NCBI GenBank assembly: GCA_037131775.1
Contig: JBAXQK010000004.1
Location: 11,054-75,053, forward strand
Direction of reading: 5' to 3'
Length of the DNA: 64,000 bases
Source of the DNA: Candidatus Uhrbacteria bacterium
Lineage (GTDB): Bacteria > Patescibacteriota > Patescibacteriia > UBA9934 > GWF2-40-263
This document shows positions 50,508-59,463 of the stretch, one piece after another; the first letter of the stretch is position 1; every line of letters begins with the position of its first letter. Position numbers and translations under genes: made by a program. The notes below the pieces were generated by a model, which saw only the letters and a list, made by a program, of their open reading frames with translations, did no database searches and was not told the DNA's origin.

Positions 50508-51472
50508 ACCTTGGCGATGTTAACGGATTTGAGCTGGACGTTCGTCGGCCACTTCTTGAGGATTCCCGCCTTTGCCCCGACCTTCGTGATGACCGACTGC
50601 GCGTTGAGCATTCCGACCGCGAGTGCCGTCCGCAGGTCGTCCGTTCGCATCAGTCCCGCGACGAATCCCGAGCCGAACGCGTCGCCGGCGCCGGTCTGCG
50701 ACACGGCCTGCCTGCCGCTTCCCGGGGACATGATCGTAATCCCGTCGCGCTGGACGAACGCGCCACGGGCACCGTCCGTGATGACGACGACGTTTCCCGG
50801 CGTCGCCAGGGCGGCGAACATCTCCTCGACCGTCGACGCTCCCGTGAGCCTGGCGGCCTCCTCCTTGTTGAGCTGGAGGACGCGGACGTTCGGCAGGATC
50901 GCCTTGATCGCGCCGAGACCCTGCTCGATTTCCTTGCGTCCCGGGTTCCAAGCGACGGAGGCGCCGGAAGATTTCGCGTGCGTCGCGATTTTTCTCGCGA
51001 GCGCGACGTTTCCCGCGAGCGACGTGACGTAGAACCACCTTGCCTTGCACTTCGCGAACGGGACGTCGGCCGACCCAAGCGTTCCGGAAACCCCGCGGTA
51101 TGTCAGCGCCGTCCGCTCTCCGTTCGACGCGGTCAAAAGCGTCGAGTATCCCGTCACGCCCTTCGCGACCCGGCGGATGAGTGCCGTCGCGACCCCTTCC
51201 TTTTTCAAGTCCTCTATCACGTCGCGGCCTCCCGCGTCGTCGCCGATCCGGCAGATCGCCGCGGTCTTCAGCCCCAGCCGCGCGAACGTAACCGCCGCGT
51301 TCGTCGCGCCGCCCCCCGTCGTGAGCACGATGTCGTTTACCTCTATCTTCGACCCGAGCGCGACGCACTCGGCCTTGCCTCCCTCGAAGTCCGCGTTCGC
51401 GATGAGCCTGAACTGGTCGGAGAGCAGGAAGACGTCGCGCATTCCGGAACCGATGGCAATGATGTCGTACAT
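50504..51472 (-). CDS. pfkB-family carbohydrate kinase (ribokinase-like)
   Basis: GGGATNAAV and TGAGDAFGSGFVAG motifs. 4-nt overlap with the dehydrogenase gene. Confidence 0.8.
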   Translation of the reverse strand: MYDIIAIGSGMRDVFLLSDQFRLIANADFEGGKAECVALGSKIEVNDIVLTTGGGATNAAVTFARLGLKTAAICRIGDDAGGRDVIEDLKKEGVATALIRRVAKGVTGYSTLLTASNGERTALTYRGVSGTLGSADVPFAKCKARWFYVTSLAGNVALARKIATHAKSSGASVAWNPGRKEIEQGLGAIKAILPNVRVLQLNKEEAARLTGASTVEEMFAALATPGNVVVITDGARGAFVQRDGITIMSPGSGRQAVSQTGAGDAFGSGFVAGLMRTDDLRTALAVGMLNAQSVITKVGAKAGILKKWPTNVQLKSVNIAKV

Positions 51473-51474
51473 AT

Positions 51475-52398
51475 CTAGGCTTTTCCCGATGATCCAAGCA
51501 GCCGCATCTTCTGGCTGACGACCTTCGCGATCAGTTCCGTCGCGGGCTTCAGGATTTCGCGCGGGTCGATGACCTTCGGATTGTCGTGGAGGAACTTGCG
51601 GACGCCCGCGTCGAACGCGATGCGGAGGTCGGTGTCGATGTTGACCTTATTGATGCCGAGCGAGACGGCCTTCCGGATGGACGCGTCGGATACCCCCTTC
51701 GCGTCCTCGATCTCGCAGCCGAACTGGACGCAGACCTTCTTAATCGCTTCCGGAACGCCGGACGCGCCATGGAGGACGAGCGGAATCTTGACGGCCGTCG
51801 CGATCTTCCTGATGCGCGCATAGTCGAGGACCGAGTCTCCGGCGAACTTGTACGCGCCGTGCTTCGTCCCGACCGCGATCGCGAGCGCGTCGCACCCCGT
51901 CCGTTTGACGAACTCGACCGCCTGTTTCGGATCCGTGAGGTTCGCGTCGCGGTCGGCGACGGTGACGAAGTCTTCGATCCCGGCGATGGCGCCAAGCTCG
52001 GCCTCGACCGAGACATTTGTCGCATGGGCAAGCGCGACGAGCTCCTTCGTCGTCGCGACGTTCTCCTCGTAGGGCAGGGAAGAGCCGTCGAACATGACGC
52101 TCCCGTAGAGTCCGCTTCGAATCGCTTTCTTAATCAGATCGACGTTCTTCCCGTGGTCGAGATGGAACGTGATCGCCCGCTTCGACCGATTCGCCGCCAG
52201 ATGCGCCAGCGCGCCGAGCTCCTCCATTCCCGCGTAATGGATCGCCCCTTCGGACGTGGACATAATCGCCGGTGATTTCTCGGCCTCGGCGGCGAGCATC
52301 ACGGCCTGGATCATCTCCAAGTTGTTGACGTTGAACGCGCCGACCGCGTAATGGCCGCGGTGCGCCTTGCCGAGGATCTGCTTGAGGGTTACCAGCAT
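51475..52398 (-). CDS. fba: class II fructose-bisphosphate aldolase
   Basis: HLDHG, VMFDGS and AIGTKHGAYKF zinc-aldolase motifs. Confidence 0.85.
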   Translation of the reverse strand: MLVTLKQILGKAHRGHYAVGAFNVNNLEMIQAVMLAAEAEKSPAIMSTSEGAIHYAGMEELGALAHLAANRSKRAITFHLDHGKNVDLIKKAIRSGLYGSVMFDGSSLPYEENVATTKELVALAHATNVSVEAELGAIAGIEDFVTVADRDANLTDPKQAVEFVKRTGCDALAIAVGTKHGAYKFAGDSVLDYARIRKIATAVKIPLVLHGASGVPEAIKKVCVQFGCEIEDAKGVSDASIRKAVSLGINKVNIDTDLRIAFDAGVRKFLHDNPKVIDPREILKPATELIAKVVSQKMRLLGSSGKA

Positions 52399-52466
52399 AC
52401 AGGAGGGTTAATTTGCTGAAATTATAGCAGGTTTACTGTTTTTCCGCAGGCGCTGCGCCCTGCACC

Positions 52467-52964
52467 CGCGTCACTTTCTTTGTCGGAGCACAAAGAAAGT
52501 AACCAAAGAAAGGCTCTCCGCCCGGCCATCCGCTCCTACGCCAGGACGTAAAAATCTGACTCGCTGTGGAACTCGCTTCTCGCCTGCGGGCTCGTACGCT
52601 CAGACAATCCTCGCCCGTCCTGACGGACCCGTCATTTTTTCGCACCCCGGCTGGGTCGCTCCGGCAGGGCGGCGACCGGATGGAGTTTATTGTTGCCTGC
52701 CGGCATCAGCCAAAAACCGATTGCGCAACACCGCCCGGTCGACCCGCCCTGTCGGAATGGCGGAGAGAGATGGGACGCAAAACTTGGCCGGGTTCATCAG
52801 GACGGGCGAGGATTGTCTGAGCGAAGCGGCGCATCCGGGGTAAGCGTTCGGCGATGCTAGCGAGTTCCGCAGCCGAGGCCAAGTTTTACGTCCCATCCCG
52901 CCATGGAGACCGGGCGGACGCTTTCTTTGGTCACTTTCTTTCACGGCTGAAAGAAAGTGACGCG
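52467..52964. mobile_element. ~500-bp MITE-like non-coding element with ~45-bp terminal inverted repeats and internal interleaved long inverted repeats
   Basis: TIR-L 52467..52512 equals the reverse complement of TIR-R 52921..52964 (CGCGTCACTTTCTTT...AAAGAAAGT-ACCAAAGAAAG). Internal pairs: B 52598..52626 with B' 52795..52823, and C 52769..52789 with C' 52877..52897. No ORF of normal composition. Confidence 0.55.
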
Positions 52965-53018
52965 GTGTGGCAGCCAGCCACAGGAAAATCAAAAAAGGGG
53001 CCGAAGCCCCTCTCACAT

Positions 53019-53990
53019 TTAGATCTTTTCCGGCTTCACGCCGGGATGCTTCTTCAGATGCGACCTAATCTGCGCGATCGTTAGCAATCCCTTCGTCGGC
53101 CCGACATGCTGGACGACGCTTGCCGAGTTCGCGGATCCCCAGCGGAGCGCCGCGTCGAACGATTCGCCCCCCATGATCGCCCCGAGGTAGCCCGTGGAAA
53201 ACGCGTCCCCGGCGCCCGTCGTCTCGACCACGTGGGCCGGAAACACCGGCATGTGGCTCATCTGCGCGCCGTCGAAGTTGTACGCCCCGTTCTTGCCGTC
53301 GGTAATGACCACGTGCTTCGCGCCCAGCTTCCACAGGTCAACGGCCAGCTTGTGCACCTCCGTTGTCGCGTCCCCCGCGATCGACTGCGCTTCCTCCAGG
53401 TTGGCAAACAGGATGTCGGTGTACTTGATCAGGTCGAACAAAGGCTTCTTTTTCTCTGAAATCTGGATGCTTCCCGGGTTTAGCACGATTTTCGCGTGGC
53501 CGGCCTTCGCATACGCCGTCACGGACCGGTACAGCGTTTCGTACCCGTGTCCCATTTCGCTCACGTACATCCACTTGGTCTTCGGCATCGGCTTTGGGAA
53601 GTGGTATGCCCGATTGATATGCGATGTAAGGAGGGTGCGGTCGCCGTGGTAGTTGAGCACCACCGAGTACGCGCTCGCCTCCTTTGGCACGGTGTGGATA
53701 AGTTTGGAGGAAACCCCCTCGATCTTGAACGTCTCTATCGCCTGCGCGAGCGTCGCGTCCTTTCCCATGTTCGTCAGCACCGACGTCTTCCGCCCCATCC
53801 GCGCCAGCCCCGTCGCCACGTTCGGCGCCGTCCCCGCAATCTGCGAATGGACCACCTCCACGGCAATCTTCGCGCCATAGTCCATGCAAAGCAGGCATTC
53901 CGGCATCTTGAGCGAGCATTGGACGGACGCGCTGTTCAGCAGTACGAACGTATCGAGCTTCGTGTCTCCGATGGTGATGATATCGAGCAT
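53019..53990 (-). CDS. pfkB-family carbohydrate kinase (second paralog)
   Basis: TTGAGDAFSTGYLGAI and GTAPNVATGLARMG motifs. Terminator ggggcttcggcccc plus T6 downstream. Confidence 0.8.
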   Translation of the reverse strand: MLDIITIGDTKLDTFVLLNSASVQCSLKMPECLLCMDYGAKIAVEVVHSQIAGTAPNVATGLARMGRKTSVLTNMGKDATLAQAIETFKIEGVSSKLIHTVPKEASAYSVVLNYHGDRTLLTSHINRAYHFPKPMPKTKWMYVSEMGHGYETLYRSVTAYAKAGHAKIVLNPGSIQISEKKKPLFDLIKYTDILFANLEEAQSIAGDATTEVHKLAVDLWKLGAKHVVITDGKNGAYNFDGAQMSHMPVFPAHVVETTGAGDAFSTGYLGAIMGGESFDAALRWGSANSASVVQHVGPTKGLLTIAQIRSHLKKHPGVKPEKI

Positions 53991-54014
53991 AGTGCGAGAA
54001 TGATACCAAGAAAA

Positions 54015-54093
54015 TTGACGGGAGCGAAATTTTTTGGTATACTTGTCGTATGAGAACGTGGGGTCCCGAATTCTCGGGCTTCACGGTTTTTTT
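54015..54093 (+). promoter_or_regulatory. promoter TTGACG-N17-TATACT followed ~15 nt later by a hairpin terminator; candidate small RNA or attenuator
   Basis: -35 at 54015..54020 and -10 at 54038..54043. Hairpin cgtggggtcccgaattctcgggcttcacg plus T7 at 54057..54093. Confidence 0.4.
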
Positions 54094-54258
54094 ATTCAGT
54101 CGGTTTGCTCTCCGGCAAGAAATCATATGCGAGAAACGGAAAGCGGCGGCAAAACGCTAGCGTGAGAAGGACCGCAGCGCGAAAGAGCGTGTCTGGGAAG
54201 AAAACGGTGGATTCCAGGGAATTCGGTCGAGATAACGTCTTTCACATAATTTTACTTT

Positions 54259-54636
54259 ATGTCTCCAGAAACATCCTTCGGACACGAGCATGCAGGCAAG
54301 ATTCCGCCTTCCGTGCTCGGCATTACGTTGGGCGAGCAGCACCGTGGGAGCACGGGTCACGAGAAAACCACGGACGGCGAGGCTCAGCGTGCGCTCGCGA
54401 GAAAGCAGGCCCTGGACGCGATTGCGTCGAAGGAAAGGGAGATCTTTGCCAAGATGTCCATAACCATGGAAATGAGACTCGACCTGACGAGGATCGTTCG
54501 TGAGTTCGCGATCGAAATATCAAAGCTCAGCGCATCTGGCGACGAATTTGTGAGCGCATTGGAACGCGCGAAGAAGAATGCGGTCGCGCGGATGGAGGCG
54601 GTCCATTTCGATCGCATGGCATTCCTCGACGAATAA
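54259..54636 (+). CDS. hypothetical protein
   Basis: 125 aa. C-terminal half is alpha-helical with normal composition. Confidence 0.4.
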   Translation: MSPETSFGHEHAGKIPPSVLGITLGEQHRGSTGHEKTTDGEAQRALARKQALDAIASKEREIFAKMSITMEMRLDLTRIVREFAIEISKLSASGDEFVSALERAKKNAVARMEAVHFDRMAFLDE

Positions 54637-54687
54637 GACGGTACGCTAAATACGAAAAACTGGCCATTTGGCCAGTTTTTCGTTGAA

Positions 54688-55854
54688 CTATTTCTTTGTT
54701 CGCGACTTCAGCGACAAATCCGATTTTTTTCCGCCCCACTTGCGCGGCGCCCGTGCCAGCGCCTCCTTCATCACTGCTGCCCGCATCGCGACGATCTTCT
54801 CCGCGGCCGCGGTAACGAACGGCAATGCCACCTCGACCTTCTCTCCGCGCTTTCGTCGCAGTACGCGCTCCGCGGCCATCGCGATATACGGCGCGGTAAG
54901 CCCGAACGCCTCGAGCAGCTGGTTCGGCTCTCCCGACTCTCCGAATCGGTCCGGCATGCCGACGCGCTCGACGGGGACGGGGCACAGGGCCGCGACCGTC
55001 TCGCACACGACTCCGCCGAGGCCTCCCGCCGCCTGGGCCTCCTCGACCGTCACGATCGCGCCCGTTTCCTTCGCGGCGAGGGCGATTGCCTTTGCGTCGA
55101 GCGGCTTGATCGTGTGGACGTTGAGCACGCGGGCCTCGATGCCGCGCTTCGACAGCTGCTCGGCGGCCATGAGCGCCTCGTAGAGAAGGGGACCGGTCGC
55201 GATGATCGTGAGGTCGTCGCCGAAGCGGAACGTCTCCGCGCGGCCGAGCTTGAACGGGGTCTTGTTGGTGGTGAATACCGGCGATTTCTCGCGGGCGAAG
55301 CGGAGGTATACCGGGCCGACGATTTTCGCGCCCGCCATCGTCGCCTTCTTCGCCTCGACCGCGTCGCACGGCGACACGACGATCATGTTCGGAAGGACGC
55401 GCATGATGGCGATATCTTCGGTCATCTGGTGCGTGGCTCCGTCCGGTCCGACGGACACTCCGGCGTGAGCCCCGACGATCTTCACGTTGTTGTCCGACAG
55501 CGCCGCGGTGGTACGGATCTGCTCCCAGTTCCTTCCCGGGGAGAACGCCGCGTAGCTCGCGATGAACGGAACCTTTCCGGCCATCGCCATCCCGGCCGCG
55601 ATCGCCGCCATCGACTGCTCGGACACGCCCATCTGAACGAACCGGTTCGGAAACTTCTCCTTGAACCAAAGCGCCCGAGTCGACTCAGTCAGGTCGGCAC
55701 AGAGAACGACGACGTTCTCGTCGAGCTTTGCCGCATCGACGACCCCAAGCCCGAACCCGTCGCGCGTCGGCTTCTGCTCGATCTCCTTGTCGAACAGGTT
55801 CCGGACGAGGAAGGCCTCGCGATTGAGGCCGGTAAATTTCTTTTTGGTCGCCAT
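54688..55854 (-). CDS. transketolase C-terminal subunit (pyrimidine-binding and C-terminal domains) with a basic C-terminal tail
   Basis: Motifs RDGFGLGVVDAAKLDENVV..DLTEST and GPDGATHQMTEDIA. ~70 aa Lys/Arg-rich extension. Confidence 0.85.
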   Translation of the reverse strand: MATKKKFTGLNREAFLVRNLFDKEIEQKPTRDGFGLGVVDAAKLDENVVVLCADLTESTRALWFKEKFPNRFVQMGVSEQSMAAIAAGMAMAGKVPFIASYAAFSPGRNWEQIRTTAALSDNNVKIVGAHAGVSVGPDGATHQMTEDIAIMRVLPNMIVVSPCDAVEAKKATMAGAKIVGPVYLRFAREKSPVFTTNKTPFKLGRAETFRFGDDLTIIATGPLLYEALMAAEQLSKRGIEARVLNVHTIKPLDAKAIALAAKETGAIVTVEEAQAAGGLGGVVCETVAALCPVPVERVGMPDRFGESGEPNQLLEAFGLTAPYIAMAAERVLRRKRGEKVEVALPFVTAAAEKIVAMRAAVMKEALARAPRKWGGKKSDLSLKSRTKK

Positions 55855-55855
55855 A

Positions 55856-56833
55856 TTAGCGTTTCTTGTTCTTGCCCTTCGCCTTGCGAACGATCGCGAC
55901 GATTCCCCAGACGGCGAGCGCGATTGGCAGCAGGATCCCCCCGCCCACGATCACGAGCCAGACGATCGCGACGCCGAGGTTCTGCGCGATGGCAACGAGC
56001 GCCTGCGCGGCCTCCTTGGCCGTCGAGACGAGGTCGAATCCCTTGGTCGGGACGTGGATGCTGGGCTTTTCGGAAAGCGACACGTCGATCGTCGAGTACG
56101 TCGTGGCGTTCGACAGGTACTTGATGCGTCCCTGGAGCGACTCGATCGTTCCGCGGACGTTCGAGAGGTACTGTTGGACGTTCAGCGTCTCGTCCACCGT
56201 CTTCGCCTGCTTCAGGATCTCCAGATATTGCGCCTCCTGCGCCTGCGCGTTGCGAAGCTGGGCCTCGAGGTCCGAATATTGCTCGGTCACGTCCTGCCCG
56301 TTCGTCGACTCGACGTTGACGACCGTCGCGAGCGCCTTGATGGCGGTCACGGTCGTCTCGAACTTGTCGGAGGGGACGCGGACGGTCACGTAGCCGGCGT
56401 GCGTCCCATCCTGGTCCTCGGAAACGCTCGAGTTCTGCGCGTATCCGCCGGCTTTGGTCGCGAGGTCGACGATCTTCGGCGAGGTTTCCGCAACGCTTGC
56501 GACGGTCAGGCTGAGCGAGCCGGTCTTGATGATCTTCTGGTCGACCTCGGCCGCGGTCTGTCCGGCGGTCGGCGGAACCTCCGGCGGGGCGAAGCGCATC
56601 ATTCCGGGTGCCGCGATGGATCCGTCGAAGCTCGACGCGGAGTCCTGGGTGATCGCGAACTCCGGAGCGCCCGCCGACGATCCGAACATCATCGGGGCGA
56701 CGGACGAGGTCGTGAGCTTGTTCATCATCCCGAACGGAAGGTTGACGGTCGAGGATGTGGTGAGTAGGAGTAGGGTGGACAGGATGACGACGACGGCTCC
56801 GGCGGCGATCCAGGCGACGGTTTGTTTTTGCAT
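55856..56833 (-). CDS. DUF4349-like membrane protein
   Basis: N-terminal TM helix, coiled-coil middle, two C-terminal TM helices and a KGKNKKR tail. Confidence 0.55.
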   Translation of the reverse strand: MQKQTVAWIAAGAVVVILSTLLLLTTSSTVNLPFGMMNKLTTSSVAPMMFGSSAGAPEFAITQDSASSFDGSIAAPGMMRFAPPEVPPTAGQTAAEVDQKIIKTGSLSLTVASVAETSPKIVDLATKAGGYAQNSSVSEDQDGTHAGYVTVRVPSDKFETTVTAIKALATVVNVESTNGQDVTEQYSDLEAQLRNAQAQEAQYLEILKQAKTVDETLNVQQYLSNVRGTIESLQGRIKYLSNATTYSTIDVSLSEKPSIHVPTKGFDLVSTAKEAAQALVAIAQNLGVAIVWLVIVGGGILLPIALAVWGIVAIVRKAKGKNKKR

Positions 56834-56834
56834 A

Positions 56835-57734
56835 TTATTCGTGTTCGCTCATTATCTTGCCCCCAAGCGTGCGGATCTGGTCTATCGCCATGCTTGATTC
56901 TCCTCCGGCCTTCGGTGGCATGCCGTGCCAGCGGAAGTCGTACTCCATGAACTCGACGCCATAGCCCGGGATCGTATCGGCGAGGATCACGGTCGGCTTC
57001 TCGGAGACCCCGTGCGCCCGCTCGATGGCGGTGACGAAGTCTCGGATCGAGTTCCCCGCGCAGCGCTCGACGTGCAGGCCGAACGATTCGAACTTGGCGG
57101 CGAGCGGCTCGAGCGGCATGATGTCCTCCGTCGTCCCGTCGATCTGGATGTTGTTCCGGTCGACGATGAACGTGAGGTTGTACAGCCGGTTGCGGCCAGC
57201 GAACAGCATCGCCTCCCAAGTGATCCCGCATCCGAGCTCGCCGTCGGACATCACGCAGTAGACGCGCCATGGGGAACGGTCGAGCAGTGCGGCGTAGGCG
57301 AGACCGACGGCCTGGCTCGATCCGTCGCCGAGCGGACCCGCCGTGTTCTCGACGCCGGGAAGGGCCGCGCGGTCGGGGTGTCCCTGGAGGCGGGAACCGA
57401 GCTTGCGGAGGGTCATCATCTCCGCCTTCGGGAAATACCCGGCGTGGGCGAGCGCGGCATACTGAACCGGGCAGATGTGGCCGTTCGAGAGGACGAGGCG
57501 GTCCCGGTCCTTCCAGTTTGGCTTCTTCGGATCGTGGACCATCACGTGGAAGTACAGCGCCGCGAACACGTCGGCCATCCCGAGCGGACCGGCCGAGTGC
57601 CCGCTTCCGGCCTCGACCAGCATGTCGATGATGTCCTCGCGGATCGCGGTGGCGCGCTCCTCGAGCTGCTTGAGCTTGCGGTCGTGCAGGTGAAGGTCGT
57701 TGCGGATTTTGGGGCCAAGGGTGAGGTTCGGCAT
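56835..57734 (-). CDS. transketolase N-terminal (TPP-binding) subunit
   Basis: GSGHSAGPLGMADV and GHxxPVQYAALA motifs, plus GDG...E magnesium site. Confidence 0.85.
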   Translation of the reverse strand: MPNLTLGPKIRNDLHLHDRKLKQLEERATAIREDIIDMLVEAGSGHSAGPLGMADVFAALYFHVMVHDPKKPNWKDRDRLVLSNGHICPVQYAALAHAGYFPKAEMMTLRKLGSRLQGHPDRAALPGVENTAGPLGDGSSQAVGLAYAALLDRSPWRVYCVMSDGELGCGITWEAMLFAGRNRLYNLTFIVDRNNIQIDGTTEDIMPLEPLAAKFESFGLHVERCAGNSIRDFVTAIERAHGVSEKPTVILADTIPGYGVEFMEYDFRWHGMPPKAGGESSMAIDQIRTLGGKIMSEHE

Positions 57735-57786
57735 AGTGCGTCGATTATACCAAGAAAAAACCTGGCTCGATACACGAGCCAGGTTT

Positions 57787-58578
57787 CTATTCTACGATGA
57801 TCGTCGCCTTCATCTCCGGATGGTAGCTGCAGAAGTACGTGTACGTCCCGGCGACGTTGAAATAGCGGGCGAAGTTGCCTCCGGACTGGATCGTTCCCGT
57901 TCCCCAGGACAGGTCGGTGGCGGTGGCCGTGTGCTTGTTGGCGCCATTGTTGTACCAGCGGACGGCCGTCCCCGCCTTGATGGTGACGGACGCGTTGTCG
58001 TAGAAGTCGTCGGAGACGTTGAGGACGGTCGCCGGCTTCAGTCGCTTGTCCTCGTCAATGCTGGCCGTGGACGCGGAAACGGACGCGGGAACGAAGTCCG
58101 TCGACGTCTCGATGTTCGATCCGGTGCGGTAGTTGCCGAAGAAGGCGTCGGGCACGTCGTCGATCTTCGTGTTCCAGTCGGAGCCATACATCGCGATCGC
58201 CAGATCCTCGGTCGTCACCCAGCGCAGCGATCCGCTCTCGTCGACCGCGTATACCTTAGGGTCCGAGTTTATTTTTACCATGCGCGCCCCCGGCTTGTAC
58301 GTGACGTTCCCTCCGATCTGGATCTTCGACAGGTCGGCGTCGCTCACGAACTTTACGGACGCGAAGTTCGCGTACCAGGTAAAGTACGTCTTGTCGTTCG
58401 GGAACACATAGCGGTATCCGTCGCGGCCGAGATAGTAGACGGCGGCAAAGGTCGTTCCCCGAATCAGGCTTCCTGGCTGGATTTGGACGATCGGGGTGAT
58501 GGTCGCGGCAAATGCAAAAGAGGGAATGAAACTTACGAGAATCGCAGCAATTGCAAGAAAAGCGGGGAATCGTTTCAT
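57787..58578 (-). CDS. secreted protein with C-terminal cupredoxin (plastocyanin-like) domain, paralog A
   Basis: ATG at 58576-58578. Signal peptide. C-terminal YTYFCSYHPEMKATIIVE. Confidence 0.6.
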   Translation of the reverse strand: MKRFPAFLAIAAILVSFIPSFAFAATITPIVQIQPGSLIRGTTFAAVYYLGRDGYRYVFPNDKTYFTWYANFASVKFVSDADLSKIQIGGNVTYKPGARMVKINSDPKVYAVDESGSLRWVTTEDLAIAMYGSDWNTKIDDVPDAFFGNYRTGSNIETSTDFVPASVSASTASIDEDKRLKPATVLNVSDDFYDNASVTIKAGTAVRWYNNGANKHTATATDLSWGTGTIQSGGNFARYFNVAGTYTYFCSYHPEMKATIIVE

Positions 58579-58661
58579 AGGCAACCCCAGTATATCATCT
58601 GGCGGGCCAAACGAAAACGGGGCGCTAGGCCCCGTTTTTCTATCCTGCCGCATCCTTCGGA

Positions 58662-59447
58662 CTATTCGACGATCAGGTCGCTGGTCATCGAGGAATGGTA
58701 GTTGCAGTGGAAGTTCCATTCTCCCGAGGCCTTGAAGTACTTGGTGAACGACTGGCCCGCGGTCAGCGTTCCCGTTCCCCAGGACTCGTCGTCCGCCGTG
58801 GCCGTGTGGCTCGTGGCACCACTGTTCACGAAGCGGACGGCCGTTCCCGCCTGGATCGTGTAGGACGACTTGGCATAGCCGCTGTCCGAAATGTCCACGA
58901 TCGTCGGGGCCTTCAGGCTCTTGTCATGGTTGATGTCCGTGGCTCCGGCGGAGGCATCGGCCGGGACGAAGTCTCCGGAGGCCTCGATGTCTGCCCCCTT
59001 CTGGTAGTTGCCGAAGAACGCGTCCGCGACGTCGTCGATCTTCGTGTTCCAGTTTGACCCGAACATGGCGACGGCGACCGTCTCGGAGGTGACCCAGCGA
59101 AGCATTCCGTTCTCATCGACCGCGTACGTCTTCGGGTCCGAGTTGATCTTGACCATCCTGGATCCCGGCTTGTACGTCACGTTTCCGCCGATCTGGATCG
59201 TGCCAAGGTCGGCGTCCGAGATCGTCTTTACCGTGTCGAAGTTGGAATACCAGGTGAAGTACGTCTTGTCGTTCGGGAACACGTAGCGGAATCCGTCCAC
59301 GCCGTAGTAGTACACGGCGTTGAAGGACGTGCCGCGGATGAGGTCGCCCGAGTGCAGGCTGGTAATCGCCGTGGTGGCCGCGTGGACCGGGACGCCGAAG
59401 CCGGCCAGGAGGCCGACGATGGCGAAGACGGAGAGGAATTTCTTCAT
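58662..59447 (-). CDS. secreted protein with C-terminal cupredoxin-like domain, paralog B
   Basis: ATG at 59445-59447. ~60% identical to paralog A, ending NFHCNYHSSMTSDLIVE. Confidence 0.6.
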   Translation of the reverse strand: MKKFLSVFAIVGLLAGFGVPVHAATTAITSLHSGDLIRGTSFNAVYYYGVDGFRYVFPNDKTYFTWYSNFDTVKTISDADLGTIQIGGNVTYKPGSRMVKINSDPKTYAVDENGMLRWVTSETVAVAMFGSNWNTKIDDVADAFFGNYQKGADIEASGDFVPADASAGATDINHDKSLKAPTIVDISDSGYAKSSYTIQAGTAVRFVNSGATSHTATADDESWGTGTLTAGQSFTKYFKASGEWNFHCNYHSSMTSDLIVE

Positions 59448-59463
59448 AGCGTTTGTTCGCGGA

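Noticed and set aside
52687-53016. ORF 52687..53016(-) and 52566..52820(+) inside the fba-pfkB intergenic region.
   Set aside because: They overlap the inverted-repeat structured element and have low-complexity Ala/Pro/Arg-rich translations. Judged non-coding.
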